Program-made: the position numbers and the translations under genes
DNA from: Eledone cirrhosa
Lineage: Eukaryota
Assembly: GCA_964016885.1 (NCBI GenBank)
Contig: OZ024748.1
Location: 1,736,001 to 1,800,000 of the forward strand
Direction of reading: 5' to 3'
DNA length: 64,000 nt
Part shown: piece after piece, positions 51,185-64,000 of the stretch
How positions within the stretch are numbered: position 1 is the stretch's first letter
How the letters are laid out: each line of letters starts with the position of its first letter
Notes under the pieces: generated by a model
What the model saw: only the letters and a program-made list of their open reading frames with translations
What the model was told of the DNA's origin: nothing
Databases searched by the model: none

Positions 51185-51560
51185 TCAGAGTACTGCTCTA
51201 ACATCTGGGATGGTATTACTGTTGCTCATGCGAAGATCCTAGACTGCATTCAGAGAAAAGCCACTGAATTAATTTACATAAAGTCACTGACAGACAATCT
51301 GTAGCCTCTGGCCCACAGACATCCTGTTTTTTCCTTCTTCCTCTTCTACTGTTACTATAACAATTTCTCCTTGGAGCTAGTTGATCCTATGCCACCCTCA
51401 CTCGGGTACTTTTGATTCATCTCTCCTTCTCATCACCAATGTTGTGTTCATCCCCACAGGCCTTGCACTAACCACTACAGCTGGTCCTTCCTTCATTGAC
51501 TGCCTGGAACACCCTTGCCTGCTCATGTCTTAACACAGTTTAAGTAGAACATTAATAGCA
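51185..51560 (+). mobile_element. CR1/L2/Jockey-group LINE ORF2 C-terminal relic
   Basis: EYCSNIWDG..ILDCIQRKATELI..LTDNL*PLAHRH..LFYCYYN. Confidence 0.75.
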
Positions 51561-51611
51561 TCAGTCTCCTTCATCTAGACCTCATCCCCTAAAAAATAAT
51601 TGAAATATTTG

Positions 51612-51721
51612 GTTCTACTTTTGGCACAAAGCCAGCAATTACCCCAGTGCATTACTGGTACTTTATTTTATCAACTCCGTAATTATGAAAGGCAAAGTTA
51701 ACTTCGGCGGAATTTGAACTT
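51612..51721 (-). mobile_element. SINE family A, 3' half
   Basis: Homology to the other family A copies. Confidence 0.8.
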
Positions 51722-53214
51722 AGTATTATTGTTTAACATAGTGCTGCACAAAATGTTCCAGTGGTTCGGTGATATCCAGGTTCAACCCCTAAAACTCTAG
51801 TATAAGACCTAGTACTGAGAAATGTGAACAAGGAAGACATTTTAAATATGTAAAAGCAGATGTACCATGAAATAAACAGCACACACATAAAACATTTTAT
51901 GCCTCGCGTTGATTACCTCAAATGATATGATAATCAAAAGGGCAGATGAGCAAGCATACATGTCATTACTTAAGTTTTTCTAAACATATGCAGCAAATAT
52001 CAAGTGAATGTATTTTTTAGCTTTTTGAACTGGGCAGAAAACTGTGCATAGATTTTGGCTGGGTACTACGCTCAGTAGCTATATTGAATGGAGAACCCAG
52101 CATAATTCTTTAGTTGAATTAAATTAAAATCTTCCAACATAATTTCATATAAAAACCTTTTGTTATATTAAAAATACTATCTTAATGAAATAATATTAGT
52201 AAATCCTTCCAAATTCTTTAATCATTAGTTCAATCACAGTGTATTTTATGGTAATAAAAGGGTTAATATATATATCTTCGATTGAATTGTATATTGGCAA
52301 AAAATGCTGAAAATAGATGTAATTCACCCAGTTTCATAAGAATCCTTACTTATGATATTTGATAAAATAAAGTGTAGAAGATTGGCTTTTTGTCTATATA
52401 TGTTATAAATCAATGCTTTTTGCTGTTGGCAATTTTTATGGTGTACAAGTAAGCACTTGATGCACTTACTAAGTCCCATAACCGCTACTGTCTTACATTT
52501 TAGATTCCATACCGAATCATCATCATCAAATGAGACCTTTTGAGATAGAATTCTGTGCTTATTTGCCTTTCTTGCTGCTAACCTTCACTTAACTAAACTG
52601 CTGGCACACGAAACCTCTATTTATGTAGGACATAAACAAATGTCACCAACTGCTCTAGTGATATCAAGCATGATGATAGATAAACAAATATACCCCCTAC
52701 ACACAAACATACACGATATGGTTCCTACAGTTTCTGTCCCCCAAATTCACTAACAACGCAAAATGATAGTAGAAGTCACTTTCCTAAGGTGTCATGTAAT
52801 GATTAAATTTTCCTTTTCTGTCAGAATAGACAATATAGATAAGAAATTTGAATACATAGCAATGTATAAATATGGATATCTATGTAAATAATGACTGGAA
52901 AAAATAACCGCAGAAGTCTATATCATGAAAATTTAATAGCTAAGTGGACACTAACATATTTGTTGCATTGAGGCATTTTAATTAATTTAAATTACACACC
53001 TTAGATAATGATTGTCTTCATCACTTAAGGTGTCATTTTAATTATTTAAAGTTTCTTGGTTTACACCACATCTATTCTATTGCCTACATGGTGAGTTTAT
53101 ATATATATATATTGAGCACTTTACTTTAATTGTGGTTCACTGTCATTGTTTTACCATTGAACATGTATGTGTATGCGCCCCCCCCCCCCCACGCATAAAT
53201 GCTATTGGACCACC

Positions 53215-53500
53215 ATTGTTTCTGATGATGAGTGTTCTAGTTGATTCAATCAATAGAATAGTCTGGTGACGGAACTAACGTACAAGTGGCTGAGCACTCC
53301 ACAGATACATGTACATTTAACATAGGTCTCGGGGAGATTCAGCATGACACAGTGTGACAAGGTTGGTCCCTTAAATTACATGCGCAACAGATTTACCAGC
53401 TTAGTGGACTGGAGCAATGTGAAATAACAACGACATGATGTGCTGCCAAGATCTTACAATTTTAAGCTGAGCACCCTAACCACTAAGCCACATGCCTTCA
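53215..53500 (-). mobile_element. Old tRNA-SINE family C
   Basis: GTGGCTGAGCACTCCACAGA..GAGATTCAGCATGACACAG body shared with 46365-46640 and 54298-54620. Confidence 0.65.
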
Positions 53501-54297
53501 CAAATATATATATATATACATACGCATACACTCACACATATAAAATCTTTTTACACTGCAACTTTCATCAAATTCTCTATATTCTTCTATCTCTCTCTCT
53601 CTCTCTCTCTCCTCTTCATCCATTCTCTACCTTTCAGCTCTTTTGTGACATCATTGTTACTTTTTTTTTTATATCATTTCCTTTCATTTTTCTCTTCACC
53701 AATTTTTAACTATTCACATTTGCTTCCTTCATTTCCTCTTTGTCATGTTATCTTCTTTCTTGACATTTTTTGAGCTCTGTATTTATATCCAGCCAATGGA
53801 AGAAGTTATAGCTACCACATATTGGGATATGATAGAAAAATCTAATGTCAAACATAATATCATATCTTATGTTTTATTAACCATGCTTTGTTGGTGCCAC
53901 GACATTTTAACTTGAGAATAAGAGGGTCTTAAGAATAATAAATAGGATATTATTTTGATTATATATAGTCTATGGTAAATTTCTTAAGCATCTGGCATTT
54001 TTTCAGGCAGGCTAGTCTTCCAAAACAGCTAATCATCTCATTACTGTGTATAATCACTAGGATTTGATGAGATTAGTGGTGGTCTGCATTGGCAAAAGGC
54101 CAAAATAATAAAGAATGAGGTATACTTGACTGTGGAGATGAAATATTTAACGTTGGGACTGAGAGAATTTCACCAGAGTTTCTGTACCAAACTTTAAGCA
54201 ATTCTTTTTCTCATCACGAAATTACATACTTTTTGTGCTTCTTTTTATTTTTATACTTTGTAGATGCAAAGTCAATAATAGTAGTAGTACTATGGAA

Positions 54298-54620
54298 TCA
54301 GGTATGGCTGTATGGTTAAGAGGTTGACTTTGTAATCATTCAGTCTCTGATTCAATCCCACTGGATTGTGAGTGTTATTTACTATAGCTTCAGGTTAACC
54401 CAAGCCTTGTGGGTGAAATTGGGTTGAGAGAACCTGTTTAAAAGCCTGTCAAATGTACTATACCTGTCATTCAAAGAGCCGACCTTGTCATATGGTGTCA
54501 CGCTGGAACTCCACAAATATTGCATTAAGGCTGTATATGAAATATTCATCCACTTAAACGCTAAATCTATGAGTTAGCTGTTCCATTGATTAAACAACTG
54601 GTACATTCATTCCAACAGAG
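54298..54620 (+). mobile_element. Old tRNA-SINE family C
   Basis: Head TGGCTGTATGGTTAAG...GATTCAATCCCA. Similar heads at 47070-47170 (minus), 48480 and 59955. Confidence 0.65.
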
Positions 54621-54817
54621 AGCCATATCTTTTTTTAGTAGTAGTACTTCACTAAAACATTTTATATTTTAATTCTTCTTAATAATATTTTGTCTGAATT
54701 TCATTTTCCATTTTTTTTTGTTATGGGGAGACAATTTGTGTTTTGACAATTCTCAATTCTTGTTAACATATTATCTTCTACTATGACTGAAATAATAAGT
54801 CATCATCTTCACATGTC

Positions 54818-54955
54818 CTTTGCAAGCCTTCCATGACTGGGGCTGATTTTGTAACCTTTGCAAGCCCTCCAAAACTGGGCAGATCTTGAGACCTTTGCAA
54901 GCCCTCCATGGCTGTGGTTTGATCCCATATCTTTTGCAAGGCCTCCAAAACTGAT
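54818..54955. repeat. Degenerate ~38-bp tandem repeat, 4 units
   Basis: CTTTGCAAGCCCTCCA core repeated, alternating CCATG / CCAAAA. Confidence 0.8.
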
Positions 54956-56100
54956 AAGATTGATGCTTCTTGAAAGGAAGAACTGGAATTAGTGGCTAGT
55001 GTGGGGCCTGAGAGATTTGTGGAATTATGTAAGGTTTCATAACAGATCAGTAGGGATTGTAATTGCTTTCATCTCATCAAAGGTATATCTGCAGGACTTT
55101 TCTGAGAAATGGTAACTCCCAATGTCCCAGTATTCAGCCTACACTAAACTACATGGGTTATTCTTACTTCAGTTTAATTTACTAGCAGTTCTACTGACAT
55201 TTCCTGATAGGACTATCAGCAAAGTATTCATGATTGTAGTAGCCATCAGCTGCAGAATCTTGTGGCAATTTAACCATTGTTAATGGTATGAATACAATAT
55301 ATGTTTTTTATTTCATGAATACAATCAACAAAGTAAATCACAATACTTTACACAGATGTTTAATGGTCCTGGTCAACAAAATGATGAAGGATGTCAAGGA
55401 AGATATACTTAAAGAGTAAATCCATCTCATCATCTCATGAGGCTTATTTATGTGGATGGCTTTTTCCATCACAAAAGTACTGAATACTATGATATTATAA
55501 CTAGGTATTACCATAGCATTATCACCAATTCCACTGGGATGTTCCTCAGGCTACAAACTATACCATCTACTGATAATTAAGACTTGGGAGGACTTGGTAA
55601 TGGACACGATGATAGGACACTCATTGCTGACTCCTTATGATAGTTGCTTTCTATGGTTGTATTCATTCATAGTTCTATAGATACTTTGTTTAAAATACAA
55701 TGCTAGGTTTCAAAATCACAAGTTTTGGGTAAATACTTTTAACATCTGACTATTTGTTAAACTTTATTACTAACCAACAACAATCTACTGATTTCAAAGT
55801 AAATTAGAAAATAGTGAAAAGAAATTTCATGGTTACTTGCGAAACAATAAAGTAAAAGAGAAAAGCATTCTATAATTGAGGGGGTCAGGTTAATTTTGGA
55901 ATAAATTTTGAATGTATTATTTAACAATTAAGGAGACAGGATAAGATAATTTGATATATTAGCTACTAGCTACTTTAGACAGTTTCTGAAATTATACACA
56001 CATAAATACACACATACTCATATTTATATATGTACACATATACATAAGATCATATATCATCATCATTATCATTTAACATCTATTTTCCATGCTTGCAGCA

Positions 56101-56172
<72 letters not shown>

Positions 56173-56246
56173 CATACACACACACACACACACATACATA
56201 TATATATGCACCCCCCACATGCATACACACACACATCTATATACAT

Positions 56247-56277
<31 letters not shown>

Positions 56278-58857
56278 AACACACACACCAAGTAGGTCAA
56301 TTGAATAAGGCTCCCTCTATATTAAATGCTGTACAATACTGTCCATCTTCTTCCACTCAACACTGCAACCTTTCTATCTGAGAGGAAACATATCTGAGCA
56401 ATGTAATGAATGAATGTGTCAGCATCAAGATGATATACATAATATTTTACATTGAAATTTAAGACCCACTAATCAAACAAGGTCAGATTTTGTTCATTGT
56501 TGGTCAGGCATATAGTTCACCATTAGTATTCAATGTTATTGGCAGAGCAGAATCGTGATAATGATTGATATATAGTGCAATAACAGTCGATGACCTCTTA
56601 CAGGGAAAGAAATAGTAATCTGTTCAGTCACTGAAAGGCAGCTCACACATACTAGTGTAATCTTAGATACAGGTTATTGACTTGATGTGGAATTAAACCT
56701 AGAATATCTCACTAGAACCTTGAGCCTAATGTCAATGTGTTTGATTGTTTATTTTAATAATTTTTAACTTACACATAAAAATTTTATTAGTGACATAAGT
56801 TAGATATAGCTGTTCTATAAATTCAAAGTGACGGTCTCAATTTATATGTTTATCTGAAATAGAAGGAAGAGTTTTACAGCTCTATCTATTGTTAAAACCA
56901 GCAGTAGAGTAGAAATGGTTTTCATTTTCTTAGCTAGCTAAATTGACATCTGGAAATAATATTGAAGGTTATTGCAGAAGCCCCAGGCAGGGGTTGTTGT
57001 AGATATAGCATTAATTAATTAATCATTAGGATTATCTGACTTATCTGCAATACTATCCGAGACTTATTATCCAAGCAAGTATGTATAAGAATAAAATTAT
57101 TCCACTTTGTTCACACTTTTACTAGTTCCAGTCATTTGACTGCAGCCATATTGGAGAACTGCCTTTAAGGCTTTTAGTCCATCATATCAATCTCCAGTAC
57201 TTATTTCAGCCTAGTATTTATTTTATCAGCCCACATCTATCAAATAGCTCATTTACCTTTTAACACAAATAGAAGCAACTGGGTACACTGTTTTGCACTG
57301 CATCTCCCTCACTTAAGACAGTCTTCTGCACATTTTCCATCTACTCACAAGGCATTGGTCAACCTGAGGCACAGTAATAAACAAGGAACTTTGGTTTGCA
57401 TGAACAACTTGACAGTTATTTGGATCATATAAAAGGGCTGGAGTCATAAACTACAGTCAAAACCAGTAATGTATTCAGGGAATTATCATTCCCTTTATAA
57501 TTGAACTTAAATTCTTTGGAATGGTTTTGAGACTAGGTATTTATAGGAACTCCTGTATGCAAAATAAACTATCTTCCAAAATATTAGACATTTTTTACTC
57601 TTTCGTTAATGAGAAGACAAAATAGTTTTATAATGGAATTATGACTATAAATAAACATTATTTTATTAATCATAGCAATCTCCCTCCCTTTCAATCTTCA
57701 CAGCCAAAAAGAAACTTTAATTAGTAGTTCAAGGAGGTGTTTCCAAAACTGAACAGAATTTGAGACATTGTTAACTTCAGTTTGAAAGTAGAAGTAGAAT
57801 AAGAACTTAAATGTTATATACCATATATTCTCAAATATAAGCTGACCCCCTATTTTATGTCTGAGAAATGGGCAAAAATCCATTTATAAGCTGAGGCAGG
57901 CAATCAAAACATGTTTAGATGGTATGGTTTTGAAATTCTCTTGAGTGGAGAATACATTTATGAAGTTTTAATAATTGGGGATCCAGCTGTATCTGTTGGA
58001 GAGAGTTGCTTCTGATAGTGCACTCTGAAAGGTGTATCTGAGGGCTCTGTTTCCATGATCTTTCCAGCAATAAGTGGAGAAAGAAGAGGAAAAAGAAGGA
58101 ACTCTGTGAAAGTCCATTTGTATGTATGTGCATGTTTGTGTACGTCTACACTTCCAAAACACCATTAAGTTGGTGAATCTTTATAAAATAATTGTTAGTG
58201 CAATAACTGGAGAAGAAATGAAATAAAGGGTTCAAAGATTAAGTAGAAGGAAGTAGAAAATATGTGTCTATGTACTTCAGACAGAGTATCTATGATTAGT
58301 AAGTAGATAATGTTTGGAGACAAAGTATTTCAAATGCTATTAATCTTTATAACAACTTAGCCAAAACTGGTTCCAGTTCTATGAAACAAACAAACAAAAA
58401 AATACCCATTTTCCTATTTTAATTAAAATCTTCCAACATAATTTTATATGAGAACCATATGTTAAGTTACTATCTTAGTAATGAATTTAGTAAATCTTTC
58501 AAAATTGTTCATTGATTAATTGAAACAAAATGTATTTCATTAGAAATACAGGGTTAAACTCAACTGAATAATAATGAGCATAATGGCATTACTTGTATTG
58601 TATAGAAGTAGACATAGTAGTTAGAGGCAGGAATTGAGACCAAGATATGAGTCAGTACAGAGGCATAGCAAGAGGTGGGTGTGAAGGCAGCCTCTCCTGA
58701 GTTCATGTATGAAGGAATGCAACATTTTATCTAGTCTACCATGCCTGTTAATTAAAATAGAATGTCAAAAGAGTTTTTGTCTTCTGGAACTGTGAGCCCT
58801 TACTGAACCACTGGTTCAGTATTATAATAGCTTATGAATTGCATCTCAGTAGTGCTA

Positions 58858-59040
58858 AATAATTGTTTCTACTTTAGGCACAAGGCCAGCAATTACCCAG
58901 TGTATTACTGGTACTTTATTTTATCGACCCCGTAAGGATGAAAGGCAAAGTTAACCTCTACGGGATTTGAACTCAGAATGGAAAGGGCTGTAACTCTTTG
59001 CGTCAAAGCATGGCGTCCGACCCTCTACCGATACTGCCAA
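58858..59040 (-). mobile_element. SINE family A
   Basis: Near-consensus copy. Confidence 0.85.
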
Positions 59041-60586
59041 ATGTTCAATGGTTTTTGTTGTCTATTATAGATGGTTTGAGTATTTGCATTTGGAGTGTTC
59101 CTCTCTAAGGTACAAGCCTGGGCAATCTTTTTTAGTGGAAGATTAGCAGTTTCCCATGCATGCAACATCTCTCCTCTTCTTTCCACACTACCAATGTTGT
59201 AGGAAGACAATACTGTTAAAACTTGAGACTAATATCATCGCTAGGGTGCCACAAGAGCCAGACACTGCAAGATATCTTGTACAACACTTTAACAATTGTA
59301 CCAATCTACTGCCCTGGACTGGTATTTTGTTTATTGACTCTGAAAATTAAACTTGACCATGATAGAAATTGAACTCTTAGTGCAAAGAGAACAAATACTG
59401 CAAAACATACTGCCTAACACTTTAACTGCTCTGCCATCTTTGAATAATGATATTTGATGGAAAATAATGGTAATGTTTGATGTATTAGTCACGGTTGTTT
59501 AAACAATGAGCAAGCTTCTGTGAGGTCATTCAACCCGCTCAAAATAACTGCCAAATCTACTTCAAATTATAGTTTACCTCATTAAAAAAGGAAAGGATAC
59601 CTTGAATAATGTAATTATAGATACTCTGTCTAAAAACAGATGGGATAGTCATGATTGGTAAGTTTTGATCATATCTCTACTTGATCATAGCTGACCTAAG
59701 ATTATACTATAACAACAACAACAACCTACAAGACATTATTCTAGCTAGTTGAAAATTGATGTCATTTGTGGCATCATGGTTGAATAATAGTTAGTAAGAG
59801 ACAGGGCATCCAGCTGTAAAAGTTGGATACTTCATCTATTCATATGCAAATATCTTGTTTAATAAAGATGATGTTATCTTCACTTGAAATAAAGAGCTAG
59901 ACAAAATTATAATGTTCACCAATATTGTAATATTCTGTAATATCTCTATGATAGGCATAGGTTTGGCTGTATGGTTATGAAGTTTGCTTTGCAGCCAAAT
60001 AATTTCAGGTTCAATCCCATTGGGCAGCATCTTGGGCAAATGTCTTCTACTATAGCTTCAGGTTGATCAATACCTTTTCAGTGGAGTTTGGTAAATGGAA
60101 ACTATGCCTATCATGTAATAAACCATCATCATCATCATCATCATTATCCTCTTCCTCCTCCTCCTCATCATCATCATCATCATCATCATTTTATGTCTGT
60201 TTCCCTGCTGGCATTGGTTAAGGTGGCCACAAACGAAAGGAAAAAAAAGACAGCAACCAACACAAAGTGGAAGTTTAGAATATTGAAATGCATCTGAAAG
60301 ATTTGAAAGTATTTATGGCTATGAAACCATTTGGTAATGCAAAAATAAGTAAAATTATATATAATATATATATATATGAGAGAGAGAGAGGTGTATATGT
60401 GGGTTAGTTTGTGTTTCTGTTAACACTGCTTGGAAAACTATCCTATATGTTTGCACTTCAACAAATAGGGATCAATAAAAAAGCACTAGGAAGAAATAAG
60501 TACTTTTTATGGACTAAAAACCCTTGAAGGCAGTTCTCCAGCATGGCCACAGTTTAGTGACTGAAATCAGTAAAAGAATATATATG

Positions 60587-60615
<29 letters not shown>

Positions 60616-60617
<2 letters not shown>

Positions 60618-60917
60618 AGTTATGTTGGTACCACAACATCCAGTCCGAAACAAACGAGGTCGTGTAGGTGTCACGACAAAAAAACACAGTCCACGCTGTA
60701 ATGTGGCCGTGTAGGTAAGACGGTAAAAACCTCCCAGTCCACACTGTAAACGTGGTTGGTGTTAGGAAGGGCATCAGCCGTAGAAAACCCACCAGACAGT
60801 CCTATACGAGCAGGACAACCAATCTTGCCTCAAGTGGGAAAACTCCCGTCCAAACCCATGCAAGCGTGGAAGATGGACGTTAAACGATGGTGATGGTGAT
60901 GGTGATGACGACGACGA
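60616..60917 (+). mobile_element. SINE-like repeat family B
   Basis: Homology to 24105-24385. Confidence 0.8.
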
Positions 60918-60919
60918 TC

Positions 60920-61150
60920 TTCAGTCACTGAAGAGATCACAGAATGTGTGACGAAAGAACTTTAACAATATATAAACAATCATCTGGTTGTGGAACCAAC
61001 CAACCGGAAATTTTTAAATTCCTAAATTTATAAATTTATTATAATAAATTGAAGTGAAAGCAACTGGTGCGTGTGTTTCTTATTGGCAACATGACCCTCC
61101 CAAAGTATAACAATATCGGTTTCAAATCACGTTTTCAGATAAAGAATCTT
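60920..61150 (+). mobile_element. PLE-like pseudo-LTR with decayed hammerhead
   Basis: GTCA-CTGAAGA-GATCACA..TGTGAC-GAAA-GAAC-TT-TAAC at 60924-60966. Contains a 37-bp segment also found at 18801 and 34381. Confidence 0.55.
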
Positions 61151-63699
61151 GCTAAACAAATTTAGAAATGGAATATATATAATCAATATCCTTTATTTTT
61201 GTTGTTTTTTTCTTTGGTAGGCTTAAGCACTGGAATTGGTTAAATTTATGTGCCAGTTGAAATTTATTGTCGTTTAGTAGAATAGTAGAAGAATTTGAAG
61301 TTTAATCTCTTAAAGCCAATATGATACTCATAAGAAGGCTCTTTAATATCTGCTCCATAGTATATGTGACTAACTTTATAGCACGTAGATCTGATTGAAT
61401 TGCAGATACAAAAGGCAAACATCTGAAGCTTGTCCAGACTGCAAGAGTATCGATTGTAAGAGATATAACATAATAAACTCTATCAAACATTGATTTGAAG
61501 ATTAAGCAGTCTTTGATTGGATAGTTTTAATCTACCGTTTGAGGAATTATAAAGCAGGAATTATGATTCTGATCTATTCTATATATTCACACAATAGAAG
61601 ATAGGTGTATTAATAGCTATCATTCAGCTGCATCTATTTCAATGGTGTTGTGTTCTCTCTTTATACTTCTTCTTAATTTCTTTAATTCTCAAAATAAAAT
61701 GGTTGTTTTTAGATAGGGACATTTGCTTGTGAAGATTCATAGTTTTAATCTTCGTACCTTTCTTTTTATTGGCATTGTAATTTTAATATGGGTTTGGCGT
61801 TTTATATTCTAGCTAAGTTAATGGAAATAATTAAGGCACCCACTATAGAACATCACATAATGTCTTTTAAGGAGTGTTAACTTGACATTTCTCAACACAT
61901 GGAACATTAGTCAATAATATCTTAACCAGTTTGCTTTATCTGTTTTTTTAAAATATTATTATTGTCACTTAGTCAGGAGGAAAAGCAGGGCTGTCACTCT
62001 TTTCTAGGGCTCTCCAAAATTTGTGGGAAGGAAGAAGGTATCCTCAGACAAGAGATCTGGCATGAATACTTGCAACAGAGCAGAATCTACTAAGCACATC
62101 CAATGGCCAGCTGGTGGTGTTAAACCAGGCAACTGATTAAATCTACCACCCAAGTTAGCTACAAGAGGAACACACAGAGCTAGAGCAAATACCACAAGAG
62201 ATCTTATTTGACATTCTAACGACTTTGCCAGTCCACCACCATGGACTGGTACCTTTTTTGTTCTATCCTTGAAAGATCAAAGTCAAAAGTAGGCCACCAT
62301 GGCAGGGTTTAAACTCAGAACACAAAGAACCAGATTAAGTAGCACAAGGTATTTTGTCCAGTTTTCTAACTAACACTTCTGCCAATTTGCTTGAAAATGA
62401 GATAAAGGTCTTGAAGTAACTATAATCAATATCTTTCAGGCACAAGAATGGTGACATAATGGGATTCTAGTGATGGCTTAGTGAAGGAACCAGCAAGGAG
62501 TGCAGTGAGGATTTTAAAATGTCTTATTTCATTAATCATATGAAAAGTACTGTTACAGTAGAAGATATTTAGTGGTTTCTCTTAAGTAGCTAAGACTCTG
62601 AATCATTAGCTATAAATTATTTAAGTATCAGTAAAATTCATTATTAATGTTATTATTGTTCACCAGCAGGAAATCTGTCTAAGCTGAATAAAATCAGTTA
62701 TAATAATGGCTGATGCTGATAAGACAAAGAAGAAGAAATGTTTTAAAGTATTTTACACCATTAGTTTGACATGTAATAGGTGTATACAATGAAGGCTGGA
62801 GTAGGTTAAATCACTGTTTTGTTGTACAACATCCTATAAAAAAAAAAGACCTGTGATATAAACACTTCCTACAATAAAGCTCTATAAATTTGTTATTTTC
62901 TAGAAATTTACTTATAAAATCACTTTCTCTATTTGAAAGAAATAAAACTATACAAAGAAAAGAAATTAAAACACACTTTGTAACGAAGCCATTTTTCAAA
63001 GCAATGTATGTTTATAAGAATGGTATGAAGTAATCAGGTTTGTGACAAAATAAAAAAAGAAGAAAATAGCAGAAAAAATACTGCAAAGGAGAAAATAGCT
63101 TGCTCTCCTTTTCAAATTCCATAATATATATATTCTCTTTATATACACTTGCTTTTTTTTCTTTTCAAATATTGGTTAAGTGTTGTGTTTAATCTGAAAT
63201 ATTTCCCCTTTTACTTAAGAGGCTATTTGTATCGTTTACGAATTAGAGAGAAATTTTATGAAGGAGTGGAAGGAGAAGGGGTGGGAGAGTGAATTACCAA
63301 ATAAAAAATGAAAAGAAAAAAAAATATATATATATGACTTCTTTTTAATCTGAAGTTTAAAGGATAAATATAAACCTTCCTTCATGGAATTTAATTCATA
63401 TAAAATTTTAGGGCAAATTGTTTTCAATTTGAAGTTATTTCGAGCATCAAATTGACCTTGATAATATTTTTATTTATTGCTGGCTGATTTTTCTGACCAA
63501 ACTTAATAACAATTTCTTCATGTTTATCGATTTCTTGTGAATTTGAGAATATCATCTCAAAATTAAAAAGAAAAAAGACTACAAGCAAACTATACTGATG
63601 TTTGTGTATTCTAAGATGTTCTCTAAAGATTCCTAATTTATTTTCATCTTCATCTCTTTCTTTATTCTCTTGACAAGGGATCAAGTTAAGCAAGGTGAT

Positions 63700-63975
63700 G
63701 TCTGACAAGAGTTCACTAGTCTAGACAGGGGCTCAGCAGTTTAGTGTTGTTTGGACAAGGGGTCAACAGCTATGGGCATTGACTAGACAAGGGGTCAGTG
63801 GATTAGGGTGTTGCATAGACAAGGGCTCAGTAGACTAGGGTGTTGGCTAGACAAAAGTTCACTAGTCTGTTGCCTAGACAAGGGCTCAGTAAAAAGTGTT
63901 GCCTAGATAAGGGCTCAGTAGTCTAAAGTGTTACCTAGTCAAGGGTGTTACCTAGACAAGAGCTCACTTGTCTAA
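63700..63975. repeat. Degenerate ~31-bp tandem repeat
   Basis: CTAGACAAGGGCTCAGTAG..GGGTGTTGC units, ~8-9 copies. Confidence 0.85.
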
Positions 63976-64000
63976 TTTATTAAGCTGTGTGGATTGTCTA

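Noticed and set aside
57915-58165. Overlapping minus-strand ORFs (also 62004-62195 and 61302-61490)
   Set aside because: No motif or exon structure that I can support.
63236-63708. Adjacent minus-strand ORFs as a frameshifted gene
   Set aside because: No recognisable domain or consistent splice signals; AT-rich sequence.

Overview
AT-rich animal genomic DNA. The microsatellite and SINE landscape suggests a coleoid cephalopod, probably Octopus (inference). No host protein-coding gene can be named with confidence. Most long ORFs in the track are translated (TA)n/(TATG)n/(CA)n microsatellites. The real coding signal comes from transposon relics: RTE, HERO and CR1/Jockey-type LINE fragments, two Penelope-like elements (PLEs), and two Tc1/mariner transposase fragments. 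The window also holds MITEs, several SINE families and minisatellites. The most striking unannotated signal is a set of small type I hammerhead ribozyme motifs from several unrelated PLE-terminus families, mostly lodged in (TA)n tracts. Six have recognisable cores (4970, 17446, 17644, 23612, 35399, 37630) and several more are decayed. Two families carry the compensatory U3:A8 core, and one pair sits in a ~120-bp inverted repeat nested inside an inverted SINE pair. Other notable items: two retroelements with twin-priming-type 5' inversions (an RTE-like LINE and a Naiad-like PLE), a ~610-bp bipartite RTE-derived non-autonomous element with a highly structured 5' end, a palindromic element with tRNA-like boxes, and CpG-poor/CpG-rich domains that hint at unidentified transcription units.
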